Shown here: positions 1 to 10,340 of the stretch, in pieces
How positions within the stretch are numbered: the stretch's first letter is position 1
Layout of the letters: the number at the start of each line of letters is the position of its first letter
NCBI GenBank assembly: GCA_905478995.1
Contig: CAJQKT010000038.1
Location: 5,935 to 69,934 of the forward strand
Length of the DNA: 64,000 nucleotides
Direction of reading: 5' to 3'
DNA from: an uncultured Pseudomonadales bacterium
GTDB taxonomy: Bacteria; Pseudomonadota; Gammaproteobacteria; Pseudomonadales; UBA7434
The notes under the pieces: generated by a model
What the model was told of the DNA's origin: nothing
What the model saw: the letters and a program-made list of their open reading frames with translations, nothing else
Database searches by the model: none
Translations under genes and position numbers: made by a program

Positions 1-77
1 CTAATAATAATCAGCAATAAAATCGCTTCTTCATCATGAAAACGGCGCTCGTACCACTTTCTAAAAACGCTGGACAT
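1..77 (-). CDS. perM: AI-2E family transporter (PerM/YfgO-like), N-terminal 25 codons only; gene continues past the left window edge
   Basis: The reverse strand from the ATG at 77 reads MSSVFRKWYERRFHDEEAILLLIII. This matches the remembered E. coli PerM N-terminus (..QWYRRRFSDPEAIALLVIL..). The divergent arrangement with bepA is the same as E. coli perM-yfgC. Confidence 0.6.
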   Translation of the reverse strand, partial: MSSVFRKWYERRFHDEEAILLLIII

Positions 78-619
78 AAGACTCACTCTCAACTAATAAT
101 TACTGCGATTGGCCGGTGCTATAAAAGCTGCCCGAAGCTTTGATCGACTACTACTTAGACATCACAAGTGTTAACGCAGACCTTTGCTTCAACACTGCTG
201 ACACACGTCTTTAGCTTAGCACGTGGGCGTTGGTGCGATACCTTAAGTATAGAGCGCTGCACCCATTCAAAAAATGGGGCTAACGCCCTAAAAGTGTAAC
301 AATTGACGGAACTTGATGGCACCGTAAACGATCAAAAAAAATGCTAATGGCAATTATAATGGTTTAAACATGTTCTTCGCCGGGGCCAGTCATCACCTTA
401 GCTTATAATGCTGACACCCACGACCGCCAATAACCAGTAAATACTGGGGTGATTTTTCGCCACCACTATCCAATTTACAGGCAAATTTATTGGGTATAAC
501 TCGAAGTGATTCCTCATTCATGCCAGCTTAGCGCAACACAATGAGTCGCCACGATGTAATGAAAAGCACTCACAAAACCTAAGATCGTAAAATCTAAAAC
601 CCTGGAAATTGAGATCCTG

Positions 620-649
620 AATTCTAAGAACCTAAATTCTAAGAACCTA
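620..649. repeat. Perfect 15-nt tandem direct repeat (AATTCTAAGAACCTA x2) in the perM-bepA intergenic region
   Basis: The repeat was read directly. In addition, the 11-mer AACCTAAGATC occurs at 576-586 and 644-654. Confidence 0.9.
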
Positions 650-743
650 AGATCTGAAAAGCTAGAGCCTGCACCCACTTCGCAGCGCTCATACAATATA
701 ACCGGCGTACTACTCACTGCGTGGCTTCATCTCTGGAAATTGA

Positions 744-2357
744 ATGACTAAGACACTCAAGACAAGCAACCACTCGCGCCCCAAGGCTAGGCTCAGTAAA
801 ATCCGCTGCTCCCTTTGGCTACGAGGCGCACGCCACATGTTTTATGGTGTGCTTTTAACGATCATACTGAACTGCTCACTCGCACTGGCAGTTGAAGACA
901 TTGCGCTACCCGTGCTGGGTGATAGTGGCGCAGGGCTAATGTCCTCGGCCGAGGAGCGCGCACTTGGGCAAGCATGGTTGCGCTCGTTTCGTGCAGGCGT
1001 TCCTCTCAATAGCGATCCGTTGATATTTGAATATCTTGAACATTTGCTCTTCCAACTCGCAAGCCAGAGTGAAATAGACAACCCCCGACTTGATCTGGTG
1101 CTAGTTGATAACCCGACTATTAACGCATTCGCAGTACCCGGCGGAGTAGTGGGAGTGCACACAGGGCTGATCACCAGCGCCCAAACAGAAGCACAGCTTG
1201 CCTCGGTACTTGCTCATGAGCTTGCGCATTTATCTCAGCGGCATTTTGCGCGTAGTGTGGAGGCAGCCAAACGAGCTAATGTTGCTAGCATTGCCGGCAT
1301 GCTAGCCGGGATTATATTGGCCGCCACTGCAGGCGGCGATGCAGCCACCGCAGCCATAGCCACCTCTCAAGCCGTGGCCATTGATTCACGCCTGCGCTAC
1401 AGCCGCATCCATGAGCGCGAAGCTGATCGGATTGGTATGCAAACTCTCGTCAACGGTGGTTACCCCGCCAACGCGGCCGCTAATATGTTTAGGCAGATGC
1501 AGGACGCGTCGCGTCTGTATGGCGAAGGCATACCCGAATTCTTACGCACGCATCCGGTGACTGAATCGCGTATTGCCGACGCTGAAAATCGTGCCCGCAC
1601 CGCTGGGGCAGTTAACCCTATCAGTGATATTGATTATCAAATAATACGCGCGCGCGTTACGGTTTTAAGCGGCAAGGAACCCAAGCAACTCATCAAAAAA
1701 TTTAAATTTGCACTAGAACAGTCGGTGACACATCAGTCCAATAGCGGCATAAATAAAACCACTAACAGTACCAAGCCTTTCGCTGACTCTCATAAAAATA
1801 GAGCAACTGTGCAAGCACGCCTGAATGCCGACCGTTACGGGCTGGCTATGGCTTACAACAAAAATGGCCAATGGAAAAAAGCCCGAGCCACACTTCAGCC
1901 CTTGTTACAACAATTGCCTGGACGGATAGCCTATTCGCTGATGGACATAGAAATTGACTTAACCGCAGGTAAACTTGAATTAGCCGAGAAACGTCTGCGT
2001 GACCTGTATGCAATAACACCCAATAATTACGCCATTAGCATGCTGCTAGCCGACACACTATTAAAAAACAAGAATTATGTGACCGCCCAGCAAGTGCTGG
2101 AAAAACTCAGTAAAGTGAGGCACAAGCAGGCCGATGTTTGGTATTTACTAGCGGAAACTCAGGGACTCGCGGGTGACATTCTCAATCTGCATTTATCACG
2201 AGCTGAGTTTTTTTTACTGCGAGGAAATTTTTTGCAGGCGCGCAAACAACTCAATTATGCATTAAAAATTGCCGGTAACGATTTTAAAGTTTCCGCTCGC
2301 ATCAAACAGCGCTTACTCGACACGGAGCGCATCCGACAAATCACCGAACAGCTTTAA
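744..2357 (+). CDS. bepA: Beta-barrel assembly-enhancing protease, M48 peptidase with C-terminal TPR domain (BepA/YfgC). The likely true start is the ATG at 837 (MFYGVLLTIILNCSLALA signal peptide).
   Basis: It has the HELAHLSQRH zinc motif (HExxH), the downstream EREADRIG motif and TPR-like C-terminal repeats. Size and N-terminal signal peptide match BepA. Confidence 0.85.
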   Translation: MTKTLKTSNHSRPKARLSKIRCSLWLRGARHMFYGVLLTIILNCSLALAVEDIALPVLGDSGAGLMSSAEERALGQAWLRSFRAGVPLNSDPLIFEYLEHLLFQLASQSEIDNPRLDLVLVDNPTINAFAVPGGVVGVHTGLITSAQTEAQLASVLAHELAHLSQRHFARSVEAAKRANVASIAGMLAGIILAATAGGDAATAAIATSQAVAIDSRLRYSRIHEREADRIGMQTLVNGGYPANAAANMFRQMQDASRLYGEGIPEFLRTHPVTESRIADAENRARTAGAVNPISDIDYQIIRARVTVLSGKEPKQLIKKFKFALEQSVTHQSNSGINKTTNSTKPFADSHKNRATVQARLNADRYGLAMAYNKNGQWKKARATLQPLLQQLPGRIAYSLMDIEIDLTAGKLELAEKRLRDLYAITPNNYAISMLLADTLLKNKNYVTAQQVLEKLSKVRHKQADVWYLLAETQGLAGDILNLHLSRAEFFLLRGNFLQARKQLNYALKIAGNDFKVSARIKQRLLDTERIRQITEQL

Positions 2358-2362
2358 TTGTT

Positions 2363-3529
2363 TTACGCGCCCGCTGAATTTTTAAAGTCGAGCATGCGCT
2401 GCAAAGGAAGCAATGCGCGATTAGCTAAAGTCGGGTTGACCATCACTTCGTTACTACCTTGCTCAAGTGCCTGGGCTAAGTTATCTAGAGCATTCATGGC
2501 CATCCAAGGGCAGTTTGCACAACTGCGGCACGTTGCTCCGGAGCCGCCAGTAGGCGCTATAAAGATTTCTTTGTCAGGGACCGCTTGGCAAAGCTTATAA
2601 AAAATTCCCTGATCGGTAGCAACAATGAAACGCTGCTGCGGCAATTCGCGTGCGGCCTGTATGATTTGCGAGGTTGAGCCCACGTGATCGGCCAGAGCCA
2701 ATACAGATGCAGGAGACTCTGGGTGAGCCAGCACGGCTGCGTCTGGATAAACCGACTTCATCTCCAGAATGCCTTTGGCCTTAAACTCGTCATGTACGAT
2801 ACAAGCGCCATCCCACAACAACATGTCGGCACCCGTTTGCTTCTGGACATAACTACCTAAATGTTTATCTGGCGCCCATAAAATTTTCTTGCCCTGCGCA
2901 TCGAGATGCTCAACTACATCCAACGCAATACTAGAAGTCACCACCCAATCGGCTCGCGCTTTCACTGCCGCCGAGGTATTAGCGTAAACCACTACCGTAC
3001 GCTCGGGGTGAGCATCACAAAACGCCGCAAACTCATCAATGGGGCAGCCCAGATCGAGTGAACAGGTAGCTTCGAGTGTAGGCATTAACACTCGTTTTTC
3101 TGGGCTGAGAATTTTCGCCGTCTCGCCCATAAACTTTACTCCAGCCACAACGAGCGTTTGAGCCTCGTTGTGAGCGCCGTAGCGCGCCATTTCCAGCGAG
3201 TCTGAAACAATGCCGCCGGTAGCTTCAGCCAAATGTTGAATGGCCGGATCAGTATAATAATGCGCCACAATAATCGCATTGTGCCGCTCAAGCAGCGGTT
3301 GAATTTTTTTTAGTGCTGCATCATATTCAGCCTGATTAAAGGCCGTAACAGGCGGTTCATATAAATGGCGCTTAACAATATCTTCCGGCGAACCGGTATA
3401 CCCTTCAGGCAAATGAGCGGTACTGGCGATGGCATCAAAACTACAGCTGCTATTGCTAGGGCTTTGATTTTTTTCGATAATTGGGTGGCTAGATTCGGTC
3501 ATGGGGTCATCAAAAAGATTATCGGTCAA
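2363..3529 (-). CDS. nadA: Quinolinate synthase A
   Basis: It is near-collinear with E. coli NadA: [64 protein letters not shown]. It carries a roughly 40-aa N-terminal extension. Confidence 0.95.
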   Translation of the reverse strand: MTDNLFDDPMTESSHPIIEKNQSPSNSSCSFDAIASTAHLPEGYTGSPEDIVKRHLYEPPVTAFNQAEYDAALKKIQPLLERHNAIIVAHYYTDPAIQHLAEATGGIVSDSLEMARYGAHNEAQTLVVAGVKFMGETAKILSPEKRVLMPTLEATCSLDLGCPIDEFAAFCDAHPERTVVVYANTSAAVKARADWVVTSSIALDVVEHLDAQGKKILWAPDKHLGSYVQKQTGADMLLWDGACIVHDEFKAKGILEMKSVYPDAAVLAHPESPASVLALADHVGSTSQIIQAARELPQQRFIVATDQGIFYKLCQAVPDKEIFIAPTGGSGATCRSCANCPWMAMNALDNLAQALEQGSNEVMVNPTLANRALLPLQRMLDFKNSAGA

Positions 3530-3716
3530 GGCTTGTAGTTTCGCTCACCAGCGGAACTTACTATCAACAAAGCCCCTGAGAGTCTATAAAAGAGCACTAT
3601 TTTAGCATAGCGCCATACATAATTAGCACCAAACTACTAAAGAATGCGCGATAGTAATGGGCCTGATAGGCAATAAAATAAAGCCTGTTCGGAGCGCCGA
3701 CTCGGCTATAAAGACC

Positions 3717-4418
3717 CTATAGCTTGGCAAAAAAATTCGGCACTACCTGGGTCGCCAAACCATAATATGCTTTATCAAATTTTGACCCGTGAGCGCTGGG
3801 CTCAAGATTAAGCTCAACTGTTGTGGCGCCGTTATAATGCGCTACCTGCGCAAAGCCCGCCGCAGGATAAACAACACTCGATGTACCAATCGACACAAAT
3901 AGGTCGCAACGCTCCAAAGCCTCTTCGATACCCGACATATATAACGGCATTTCGCCAAACCAAACAATGTGCGGGCGCAAGCTCGCCCGACAGCCACAAT
4001 GACCACAAGCACTTTCAGCAAGAATATCGTCAGACCACTCACACACAGAATCACAGCTAACACAGCGCGCTTTAAGTAGCTCACCGTGCATAGGAAAAAT
4101 ATTTTTGCTGCCCGCTTGCTGATGCAGGTTGTCTACATTTTGAGTGACAAGCGTAAACTCACCTAGAAAGGATTGTTCAAACGCTGCCAATGCATCGTGC
4201 GCTGCATTGCGAGTAACCGACGGTGTTAATAGTTGCTGTCGACGCAAGTTATAGAATTTTTGTACGAAAGCCGGATTAGCTGCAAATGCCTCTGGCGTTG
4301 CAACGTCCTCAACCCGTTGACCCTCCCATAACCCCCCGTTATCGCGAAACGTTTGCAAACCCGATTCCGCCGAAACACCCGCACCGGTTAACACAACAAT
4401 ATTTTTATAGTCAGTCAT
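3717..4418 (-). CDS. cobB: NAD-dependent protein deacylase, Sir2 family
   Basis: It has the GAGVSAESGLQTFRDNGGLWE motif, QNVDNLH, and Zn-ribbon cysteines (CVSC...CGHCGC). Confidence 0.9.
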   Translation of the reverse strand: MTDYKNIVVLTGAGVSAESGLQTFRDNGGLWEGQRVEDVATPEAFAANPAFVQKFYNLRRQQLLTPSVTRNAAHDALAAFEQSFLGEFTLVTQNVDNLHQQAGSKNIFPMHGELLKARCVSCDSVCEWSDDILAESACGHCGCRASLRPHIVWFGEMPLYMSGIEEALERCDLFVSIGTSSVVYPAAGFAQVAHYNGATTVELNLEPSAHGSKFDKAYYGLATQVVPNFFAKL

Positions 4419-4429
4419 ACAGAATTATT

Positions 4430-4909
4430 TTATACCCAGGCACTAATAGCTAAAAGGCTCAGCCCAGCAAATAAGCCTGCTAATATATCGTCAATCATAA
4501 TGCCAAAGCCACCATGCACTTTTTGATCGAGTAGCTTAATAGGCCACGGCTTCACAATATCAAAAAAACGAAACAGACCAAAGCCCGCTAATAGCCAAAT
4601 CAAACCGGCTGGTGCAAACAACATCGTTAACCAAAAGCCAACAAACTCATCCCAGACAATACTCCCATGATCGTGCACGCCTAAACTATTGCTGGTTTTT
4701 TCGCACAACCAAATACCAATGATAAAGGAAGCAAAAATAATCAATACTTTAGCGAAAAAGGGCAGCGGAGCCATCAACAGCCAAAATGGAATGGCCGCTA
4801 ACGTACCGAATGTACCCGGCGCGCGCGGAGCCAAACCACTGCCTAAACCAAGGGCAAAAATATGCGCCGGATGCTGCAGCATAAAATTAATATCGGGAGA
4901 TTTACTCAT
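4430..4909 (-). CDS. pgpA: Phosphatidylglycerophosphatase A
   Basis: It has PGTFGTLAAIP, the KPWPI motif and a hydrophobic profile. thiL-pgpA synteny is conserved. Confidence 0.85.
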   Translation of the reverse strand: MSKSPDINFMLQHPAHIFALGLGSGLAPRAPGTFGTLAAIPFWLLMAPLPFFAKVLIIFASFIIGIWLCEKTSNSLGVHDHGSIVWDEFVGFWLTMLFAPAGLIWLLAGFGLFRFFDIVKPWPIKLLDQKVHGGFGIMIDDILAGLFAGLSLLAISAWV

Positions 4910-4942
4910 GAAACCAGCTACCTATTGATGACAAAGTGTCTA

Positions 4943-6013
4943 CTAGAAATGCTTAAATCCTGAAGCGCTTGGTTTTTCCCAGCCATCGCCATTCAATATA
5001 ACGCTCTCGCCATGTTTTTCATCATACTCAGCACAATCGACAACCTTACCAATTAAGGTACATGCTACTCCGGCTGTCCTAGCTAACATAACAACTTTGT
5101 CATGGTCTTTTTTTGGTACGGTAAAAAGTAATTCGTAGTCATCACCGCCAGATAACATCCATTCTCTAGCCAGCGCAACATCAGACAACGACGCCAGCGC
5201 CGGATGCATCGGCAGCGCATCGCCATTAAGCTCGAGCATGACCTTACTTTGGGATGCAAGGTGACCGGCATCGGCCAAGAGGCCATCAGACACGTCAATA
5301 GCTGCATTAGCCACACCCACTAATGCCTTGCCCAATCCCAGTTGTGGGACAGGCGCATAGAATGCAGCATGCAGATTTTCACGCTGGCGGTCGGTTAATG
5401 GCCAGGCGGCCCGTGCAGAATGATTTTGTGTAATCATTTGCAATGCCGCTGCGCCCTTACCAAGCGACCCGCTGACCCAAACCTCATCACCTGTTTGTGC
5501 ACCGCTGCGGCACAAACAATGCGCACCATCTAAGGACGGCACAGTAAAAGACGGATCATCACTGGCTACTGAAGTGCGCGCGGTTGCCGGAACACCCATC
5601 ACCGTAAATGTCACAGTAAGTGGCCCTCGCGTGGTATCGCCACCAACTAAGGAGACGCCATATTTGGCGCATCCACGCGCCAAGCTAGCCGAGAATTTAC
5701 TGAGCCACTGCTCATCATTATCGGGCAGAGTTAAGGCCAACGTAAGCCACTGTGGCACTGCCCCCATAGCAGCAAAATCGCTAAGGTTCACGTTAAGCGC
5801 ACGACTGGCAACATCAGCAGGTTCAGCATCAGCAGGAAAATGCACGGCACTAACCAGTGTGTCAGTAGCAACAAGCAAATGCTCACTACCTAATTTCAGC
5901 CACGCAGCGTCGTCACCGACGCCCACGACTATTGAGCTGGCAGGCGCTGAGGCAAGCACATTATTATTAGAAAAAGAAAAATACTGCTCGATAATTTCGA
6001 ACTCAGAAGCCAT
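4943..6013 (-). CDS. thiL: Thiamine-monophosphate kinase
   Basis: It has an EFEII..YF N-terminus, GDDAA, an AIR-synthase-like fold motif (DVSDGL) and nusB-thiL-pgpA synteny. Confidence 0.85.
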   Translation of the reverse strand: MASEFEIIEQYFSFSNNNVLASAPASSIVVGVGDDAAWLKLGSEHLLVATDTLVSAVHFPADAEPADVASRALNVNLSDFAAMGAVPQWLTLALTLPDNDEQWLSKFSASLARGCAKYGVSLVGGDTTRGPLTVTFTVMGVPATARTSVASDDPSFTVPSLDGAHCLCRSGAQTGDEVWVSGSLGKGAAALQMITQNHSARAAWPLTDRQRENLHAAFYAPVPQLGLGKALVGVANAAIDVSDGLLADAGHLASQSKVMLELNGDALPMHPALASLSDVALAREWMLSGGDDYELLFTVPKKDHDKVVMLARTAGVACTLIGKVVDCAEYDEKHGESVILNGDGWEKPSASGFKHF

Positions 6014-6054
6014 GGAATTGATTCCAAATTAGCGCTTAATGTCAGCACTAAAAA

Positions 6055-6549
6055 TCATGACGAGGCCGAATCAGATCGCTGAGCCTTAACCTCAACGGCG
6101 CGTAAACTTTTTGCTGCTCGATCAAGCAAGCCATTAACAAATTTATGCGCATCCTCAGGACCAAATTTCTTAGCCAGACTGACCGCTTCATTGATTGCGA
6201 CTTTATAAGGCACATCAATACGATTTTTTAATTCATAGATACCTATACGCAGAAGTGCCTTGGTAACGGGGTCGCACTCGCTAAGCTCTCTCGCATCAGC
6301 AATGGGTATGAGAAGCTCGTCGATTTCTTCGACCTCACGCTGCACACCGGCAAGTAACTCGCGAAAGTATTCGAAATCCGTACCTTTCATATTAAAATCA
6401 ACGCGAAACTGCGCTTCAATATCGCTTGCCGTAGTCGCATTAAGCTGCCATTGATATAAACCCTGCATAGCAAAATGCCGCGCTTTGTGCCTTTCGCTAG
6501 AAAGCTTGCGCTTGTTGTGCAGCTCATCGCTCACTTTTTTACTACTCAT
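6055..6549 (-). CDS. nusB: Transcription antitermination factor NusB
   Basis: It has RHKARHFAMQGLYQW, and LLRIG.YEL...DVPYKV.INEAV.LAKKFG. It lies downstream of ribH as in most Proteobacteria. Confidence 0.95.
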   Translation of the reverse strand: MSSKKVSDELHNKRKLSSERHKARHFAMQGLYQWQLNATTASDIEAQFRVDFNMKGTDFEYFRELLAGVQREVEEIDELLIPIADARELSECDPVTKALLRIGIYELKNRIDVPYKVAINEAVSLAKKFGPEDAHKFVNGLLDRAAKSLRAVEVKAQRSDSASS

Positions 6550-6591
6550 TAGTTATCGCTCTTTCGTTCGCTTAGTGTGACTGCCATTAGA

Positions 6592-7065
6592 CTAATCAAA
6601 TGTTTTAAGTAGGCTAGCCACTTCAAGCGCAGCTAGCATTGCCTCACGCCCTTTATTTGCCTCGCCATCAGCTGCTCTAGCCATGGCCTGCTCAACATTG
6701 TTAACCGTTAACACGCCAAACCCAATGGGCAGATCGAAACCGCGCGATACATCGGATAAACCACGCGCGCACTCACCTGCAACAAAATCGAAATGCGGTG
6801 TATCACCCTTGATAATCACACCTAGCGTCACTAACGCACCATAAGTATTGCGTTTAGCAAGTGCCCTGGCCACTAACGGCATCTCATAGGCGCCAGGCGC
6901 CTGAATAACGTCAATATTTGCATCTGCAATACCGCTATTGTTAGCCGTGTCTAAGGCACCCTGTAACAAGCGATCAACAATATAACTGTGCCAACGGCCC
7001 ACAATGATTGCTATTTTGACGCCGCTTAGCTCGCTGCCAGCCGCATTACCTTCAACCGTTGCCAT
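6592..7065 (-). CDS. ribH: 6,7-dimethyl-8-ribityllumazine synthase. The ORF is open up to 7164, but the ATG at 7065 (MATVEGNAAG..VKIAIIVGRWHS) fits the family N-terminus.
   Basis: It has IAIIVGRW(H/N)S..V..LL.GA.D, VPGAYE.P and GVIIKG.TPHFD.V motifs. Confidence 0.9.
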   Translation of the reverse strand: MATVEGNAAGSELSGVKIAIIVGRWHSYIVDRLLQGALDTANNSGIADANIDVIQAPGAYEMPLVARALAKRNTYGALVTLGVIIKGDTPHFDFVAGECARGLSDVSRGFDLPIGFGVLTVNNVEQAMARAADGEANKGREAMLAALEVASLLKTFD

Positions 7066-7167
7066 GCCATCGAGCCGCTGTTGCAACGCAGATGGACGCT
7101 TGTAATTTGCATAGCGTGGATCAATACTTTCTGTGCTCATATCGACTTCATACCTTACTAACAATGC

Positions 7168-8283
7168 TCAAGGGCGACTCACCCATTCAACCACTTCTAA
7201 ATCGAATCCCGAAATCGCGTTGTAATGTTTTTCAGGGCCCAATAGTCGCATTTTAGATACGCCAAGCTGGCGTAATATTTGTGAACCCACACCTACATTC
7301 AATGAACTCGTACCCTTGCTCACTGCAGGCGAAGGTTTTGACTTTTTGCCAAGCGCAATTTGCGCATCCTGCAACCATCCCTCGGATAATTGAAAGCCTG
7401 CCAAAAGCACCAACACACCGCGACCCTCCTCTGCGATGCGCGCCAAGCAACGCTGCATATTCCAATCAGGCGTGTCGCCAATTTGCGCGCCAAATAAGTC
7501 GCGTACAGCAGAACCTGTGTGCACTCGAACTAGCACTGGATCATTATTTGCCACCTCACCTTTAACTAGAGCCAAATGCGTATCGCCAGTAATCATATCG
7601 CCAAACGCATGTATCTCGAATTCACCATGATCAGTATTGATCATTCCTCGATCGAGACGCTCTATAGTTTTGTCGTGTAGTAATCGGTAGTGAATCAAAT
7701 CGGCGATGGTGCCGATTTTTAAATTATGCTTTTGTGCAAACTTATCAAGGTCATCACGCCGTGCCATCTGCCCATCATCATTAATGATTTCGACAATCAC
7801 GGCCGACTCGTCAAACCCTGCTAGCCGAGCCAAATCGACACTAGCCTCCGTATGACCGGCTCTTACAAGTACTCCACCGGGCTGCGCCATTAATGGAAAA
7901 ATATGGCCGGGCTGAACAATATCAGTCGACTGAGCATTTTTTTTAGCTGCTGACAAAACAGTTCGAGCGCGATCAGCGGCCGATATTCCGGTGGTGACGC
8001 CAGTGGCGGCCTCGATGGAAAGTGTAAAATTCGTGCCGTGCGATGCTCTGTTATTATCGACCATTAAAGGTAAGTCGAGCTGTGCACAACGAGCTCTACT
8101 CATAGGCATACAAATTAACCCGCGGCCTTCACGCGCCATAAAATTAATAATTTCTGGCGTTACACATTCAGCAGCGACGACCAAATCGCCTTCATTCTCA
8201 CGATCTTCATCGTCCATGAGAATAACCATTTTACCTTGACGAATATCACTGATCAGCTCTTCTGTAGTATTTAACGTACCCAT
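7168..8283 (-). CDS. ribB: 3,4-dihydroxy-2-butanone-4-phosphate synthase fused to a degenerate GTP cyclohydrolase II-like domain (RibBX-type rather than true RibBA)
   Basis: The N-terminal half has DDEDRENEGDL and GHTEA. The C-terminal half aligns to GCH-II but reads RVHTGSAVRDLFGAQIGD...QRC where canonical enzymes have RVHSEC..GD...RCDCG, so the zinc cysteines are missing. Confidence 0.85.
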   Translation of the reverse strand: MGTLNTTEELISDIRQGKMVILMDDEDRENEGDLVVAAECVTPEIINFMAREGRGLICMPMSRARCAQLDLPLMVDNNRASHGTNFTLSIEAATGVTTGISAADRARTVLSAAKKNAQSTDIVQPGHIFPLMAQPGGVLVRAGHTEASVDLARLAGFDESAVIVEIINDDGQMARRDDLDKFAQKHNLKIGTIADLIHYRLLHDKTIERLDRGMINTDHGEFEIHAFGDMITGDTHLALVKGEVANNDPVLVRVHTGSAVRDLFGAQIGDTPDWNMQRCLARIAEEGRGVLVLLAGFQLSEGWLQDAQIALGKKSKPSPAVSKGTSSLNVGVGSQILRQLGVSKMRLLGPEKHYNAISGFDLEVVEWVSRP

Positions 8284-8463
8284 AGTCCACCTAAATCATT
8301 TACTGTGTATGTACGCTCGAGTATATTGCAACATTTTTTACCATGCTTACACTCAAACACTATTGATAAATCGGTGTAACTAATCCAGCGATACACCCTA
8401 CAAGCGATAGCATTTCCTTCAACATTGCTCACGCTATCTGCGTGTAAAAAACACCTTTGGAAT

Positions 8464-9063
8464 CTAACGTGGCTGATAGGCGCTCATTCGTTCTACATAG
8501 CGAGCAATAACATCCACCTCTAGATTGACGAACCCGCCTTCATAATAATCGCTAAATAGGGTGTTAGTGTATGTGTGAGGGATGATATTGATAGTGAACG
8601 AATTGTCTTGCACATCGTTTACAGTAAGGCTAGTGCCGTCGATGCAGATAGAGCCCTTGATAGCGATAAATTTAGCCAAATCATGCGGCGCTGCAATGGT
8701 GAACCGAACAGACCGCGCATCTTTTTCAATAGATGTAATACTACCAACGCCGTCAACATGCCCGCTCACCAGATGGCCGCCTAACGCTGTTTGAGGGGTT
8801 AAAGACTTCTCTAAATTCACCCTGCTATTTAAGCGCAACTCTCCCAATGTGGTGCAACTCAAAGTTTCAGTCGACACATCCGCCCAGAAGCCTTGGCCAG
8901 TAAGCTCAACAGCAGTCAAACAAACACCATTTACAGCAATACTATCGCCGACCCCTACACTCGTAAAATCTAGCCCAGGAGCCTCAATTAAAAACTTCTG
9001 GTCACCGCCAACACTTTGTATATCAGCGACACCCCCAATAGTTTGGATAATACCTGTAAACAT
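8464..9063 (-). CDS. ribE: Riboflavin synthase (alpha chain)
   Basis: It has the MFTGIIQ.IG N-terminus, a duplicated lumazine-binding repeat (GDSIAVNGVCLT / KGSICIDGTSLTV) and IPHT..NT. Confidence 0.95.
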   Translation of the reverse strand: MFTGIIQTIGGVADIQSVGGDQKFLIEAPGLDFTSVGVGDSIAVNGVCLTAVELTGQGFWADVSTETLSCTTLGELRLNSRVNLEKSLTPQTALGGHLVSGHVDGVGSITSIEKDARSVRFTIAAPHDLAKFIAIKGSICIDGTSLTVNDVQDNSFTINIIPHTYTNTLFSDYYEGGFVNLEVDVIARYVERMSAYQPR

Positions 9064-9185
9064 GATCGCACTCTTACCACTTATCTAATAAATATTTTAG
9101 CCAGGCTGTTTCATCTGGATATGTCGTCTAGCCATACCGCCCAGCCCTGTATTTGAGCTTTCTAATTACTGCCATTTCAGTAGCG

Positions 9186-10340
9186 CTAGTGAGTGAGAGC
9201 TTGCGGCACAAGCTTACAGCGAAATAACCAATCATCGCCTACCGATTCAACTTCAATAACATCCAACGCCTGCGCATCGCTCATAGCTTCAATATGTAAT
9301 TGCGCCAAAGGTTTTGCTGAAGCGCCAATTAATTTTGGCGCAACGAATAGTGAAAGCTCGTCAACCAACTGCTGCTGAATAAAACTACCCAGCAACTCCG
9401 CACCCGCTTCAAGCATGACCTCGTTATATTCACGCTCACCAAGAAAATCTAACAAAGCCGATAAATCAATACGTTTAGGGCTTGCAACGATTCCAGTGAA
9501 TGCTTGCACTTCAACACCCAATTCAACTAATGCTTTTTTTCGCTCTATATCAAAATCTTTCGCACAAGCTATTAGCAAAGCTCGCCCGCTTGAAGTACTT
9601 TCACAAATAACTTTCGAATCTAACGGAATATTCAAGTGTGAGTCTATAACCACCAGCGCCGGCTGCCGATCAATATCCACACCCAACTCTGCTGACCGCA
9701 CAGTGAGTGAGGGGTCATCACTCAAAACTGTTCCGATACCTGTGACCATAACACAGCTTTGCGCACGCATTTTCTGCACGCGGCTTCGCGCTAGGCCGCC
9801 AGTAATCCACTGACTTTCACCTGAAGCCATGGCTGTGCGCCCGTCTAAGCTCATAGCCATCTTGGCATGCACAAAAGGGCGCTGCGTTTGCATTCGAGAA
9901 AAAAAACCACGATTGAGTTGCTGCGCTTCGCAGGCAAGCAAGCCAAAATCAACGACGATACCTGCCGCAAGGAGTGCCTTACGGCCTTGACCAGATACTT
10001 TGGGATTAGCATCATCCAAGGCATAAATTACGCGAGACACGCCGGCCGCAATCAATCTCTGTGTACATGGCCCAGTTCGGCCATGAAAATCACAAGGCTC
10101 TAAGGTGACGTAGACGGTAGCATTGTGAGAGGCGGCCCCGGCTTCTTGCAACGCGAGCACTTCAGCATGAGGCTGTCCCGCATGCAAGTGCGCACCGCGA
10201 CCAACAATGTCATCACCCTTAACAATCACACAGCCAACGCGCGGATTAGGCATACAGGTATAACGCCCCCGCTCAGCTAGCGCTAAGGCTGCCATCATCA
10301 TTTGCCGATCATACTCGGAAAATTCCACGTTAGTCGTCAT
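9186..10340 (-). CDS. ribD: Bifunctional diaminohydroxyphosphoribosylaminopyrimidine deaminase / 5-amino-6-(5-phosphoribosylamino)uracil reductase
   Basis: It has the HAEVLAL and EPC..HGRTGPC deaminase motifs and a C-terminal reductase domain. The ATG at 10340 overlaps the nrdR stop by 11 nt (gATGACGACTAA), which is the usual nrdR-ribD junction. The track ORF start at 10385 was rejected. Confidence 0.9.
   Translation of the reverse strand: MTTNVEFSEYDRQMMMAALALAERGRYTCMPNPRVGCVIVKGDDIVGRGAHLHAGQPHAEVLALQEAGAASHNATVYVTLEPCDFHGRTGPCTQRLIAAGVSRVIYALDDANPKVSGQGRKALLAAGIVVDFGLLACEAQQLNRGFFSRMQTQRPFVHAKMAMSLDGRTAMASGESQWITGGLARSRVQKMRAQSCVMVTGIGTVLSDDPSLTVRSAELGVDIDRQPALVVIDSHLNIPLDSKVICESTSSGRALLIACAKDFDIERKKALVELGVEVQAFTGIVASPKRIDLSALLDFLGEREYNEVMLEAGAELLGSFIQQQLVDELSLFVAPKLIGASAKPLAQLHIEAMSDAQALDVIEVESVGDDWLFRCKLVPQALTH

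Noticed and set aside
5574-6032. 152-aa plus-strand ORF, and similar antisense ORFs at 24691-25224, 9415-9813 and 23811-24212
   Set aside because: Each overlaps a confidently identified gene on the other strand (thiL, the membrane protein, ribD, rplI) and has a biased, motif-less translation.
8284-9185. Looked for FMN (RFN) riboswitches in the 180-nt and 120-nt gaps upstream of ribB and ribE
   Set aside because: Neither gap, read on the minus strand, contains the conserved RFN core words (GGGCAGGGTGAAATTCC / CCGACAGT-like). The only partial resemblance, CAGGGCTGGGCGG at about 9140-9152, lacks the rest of the element. A covariance-model scan (Rfam RF00050) would settle it.
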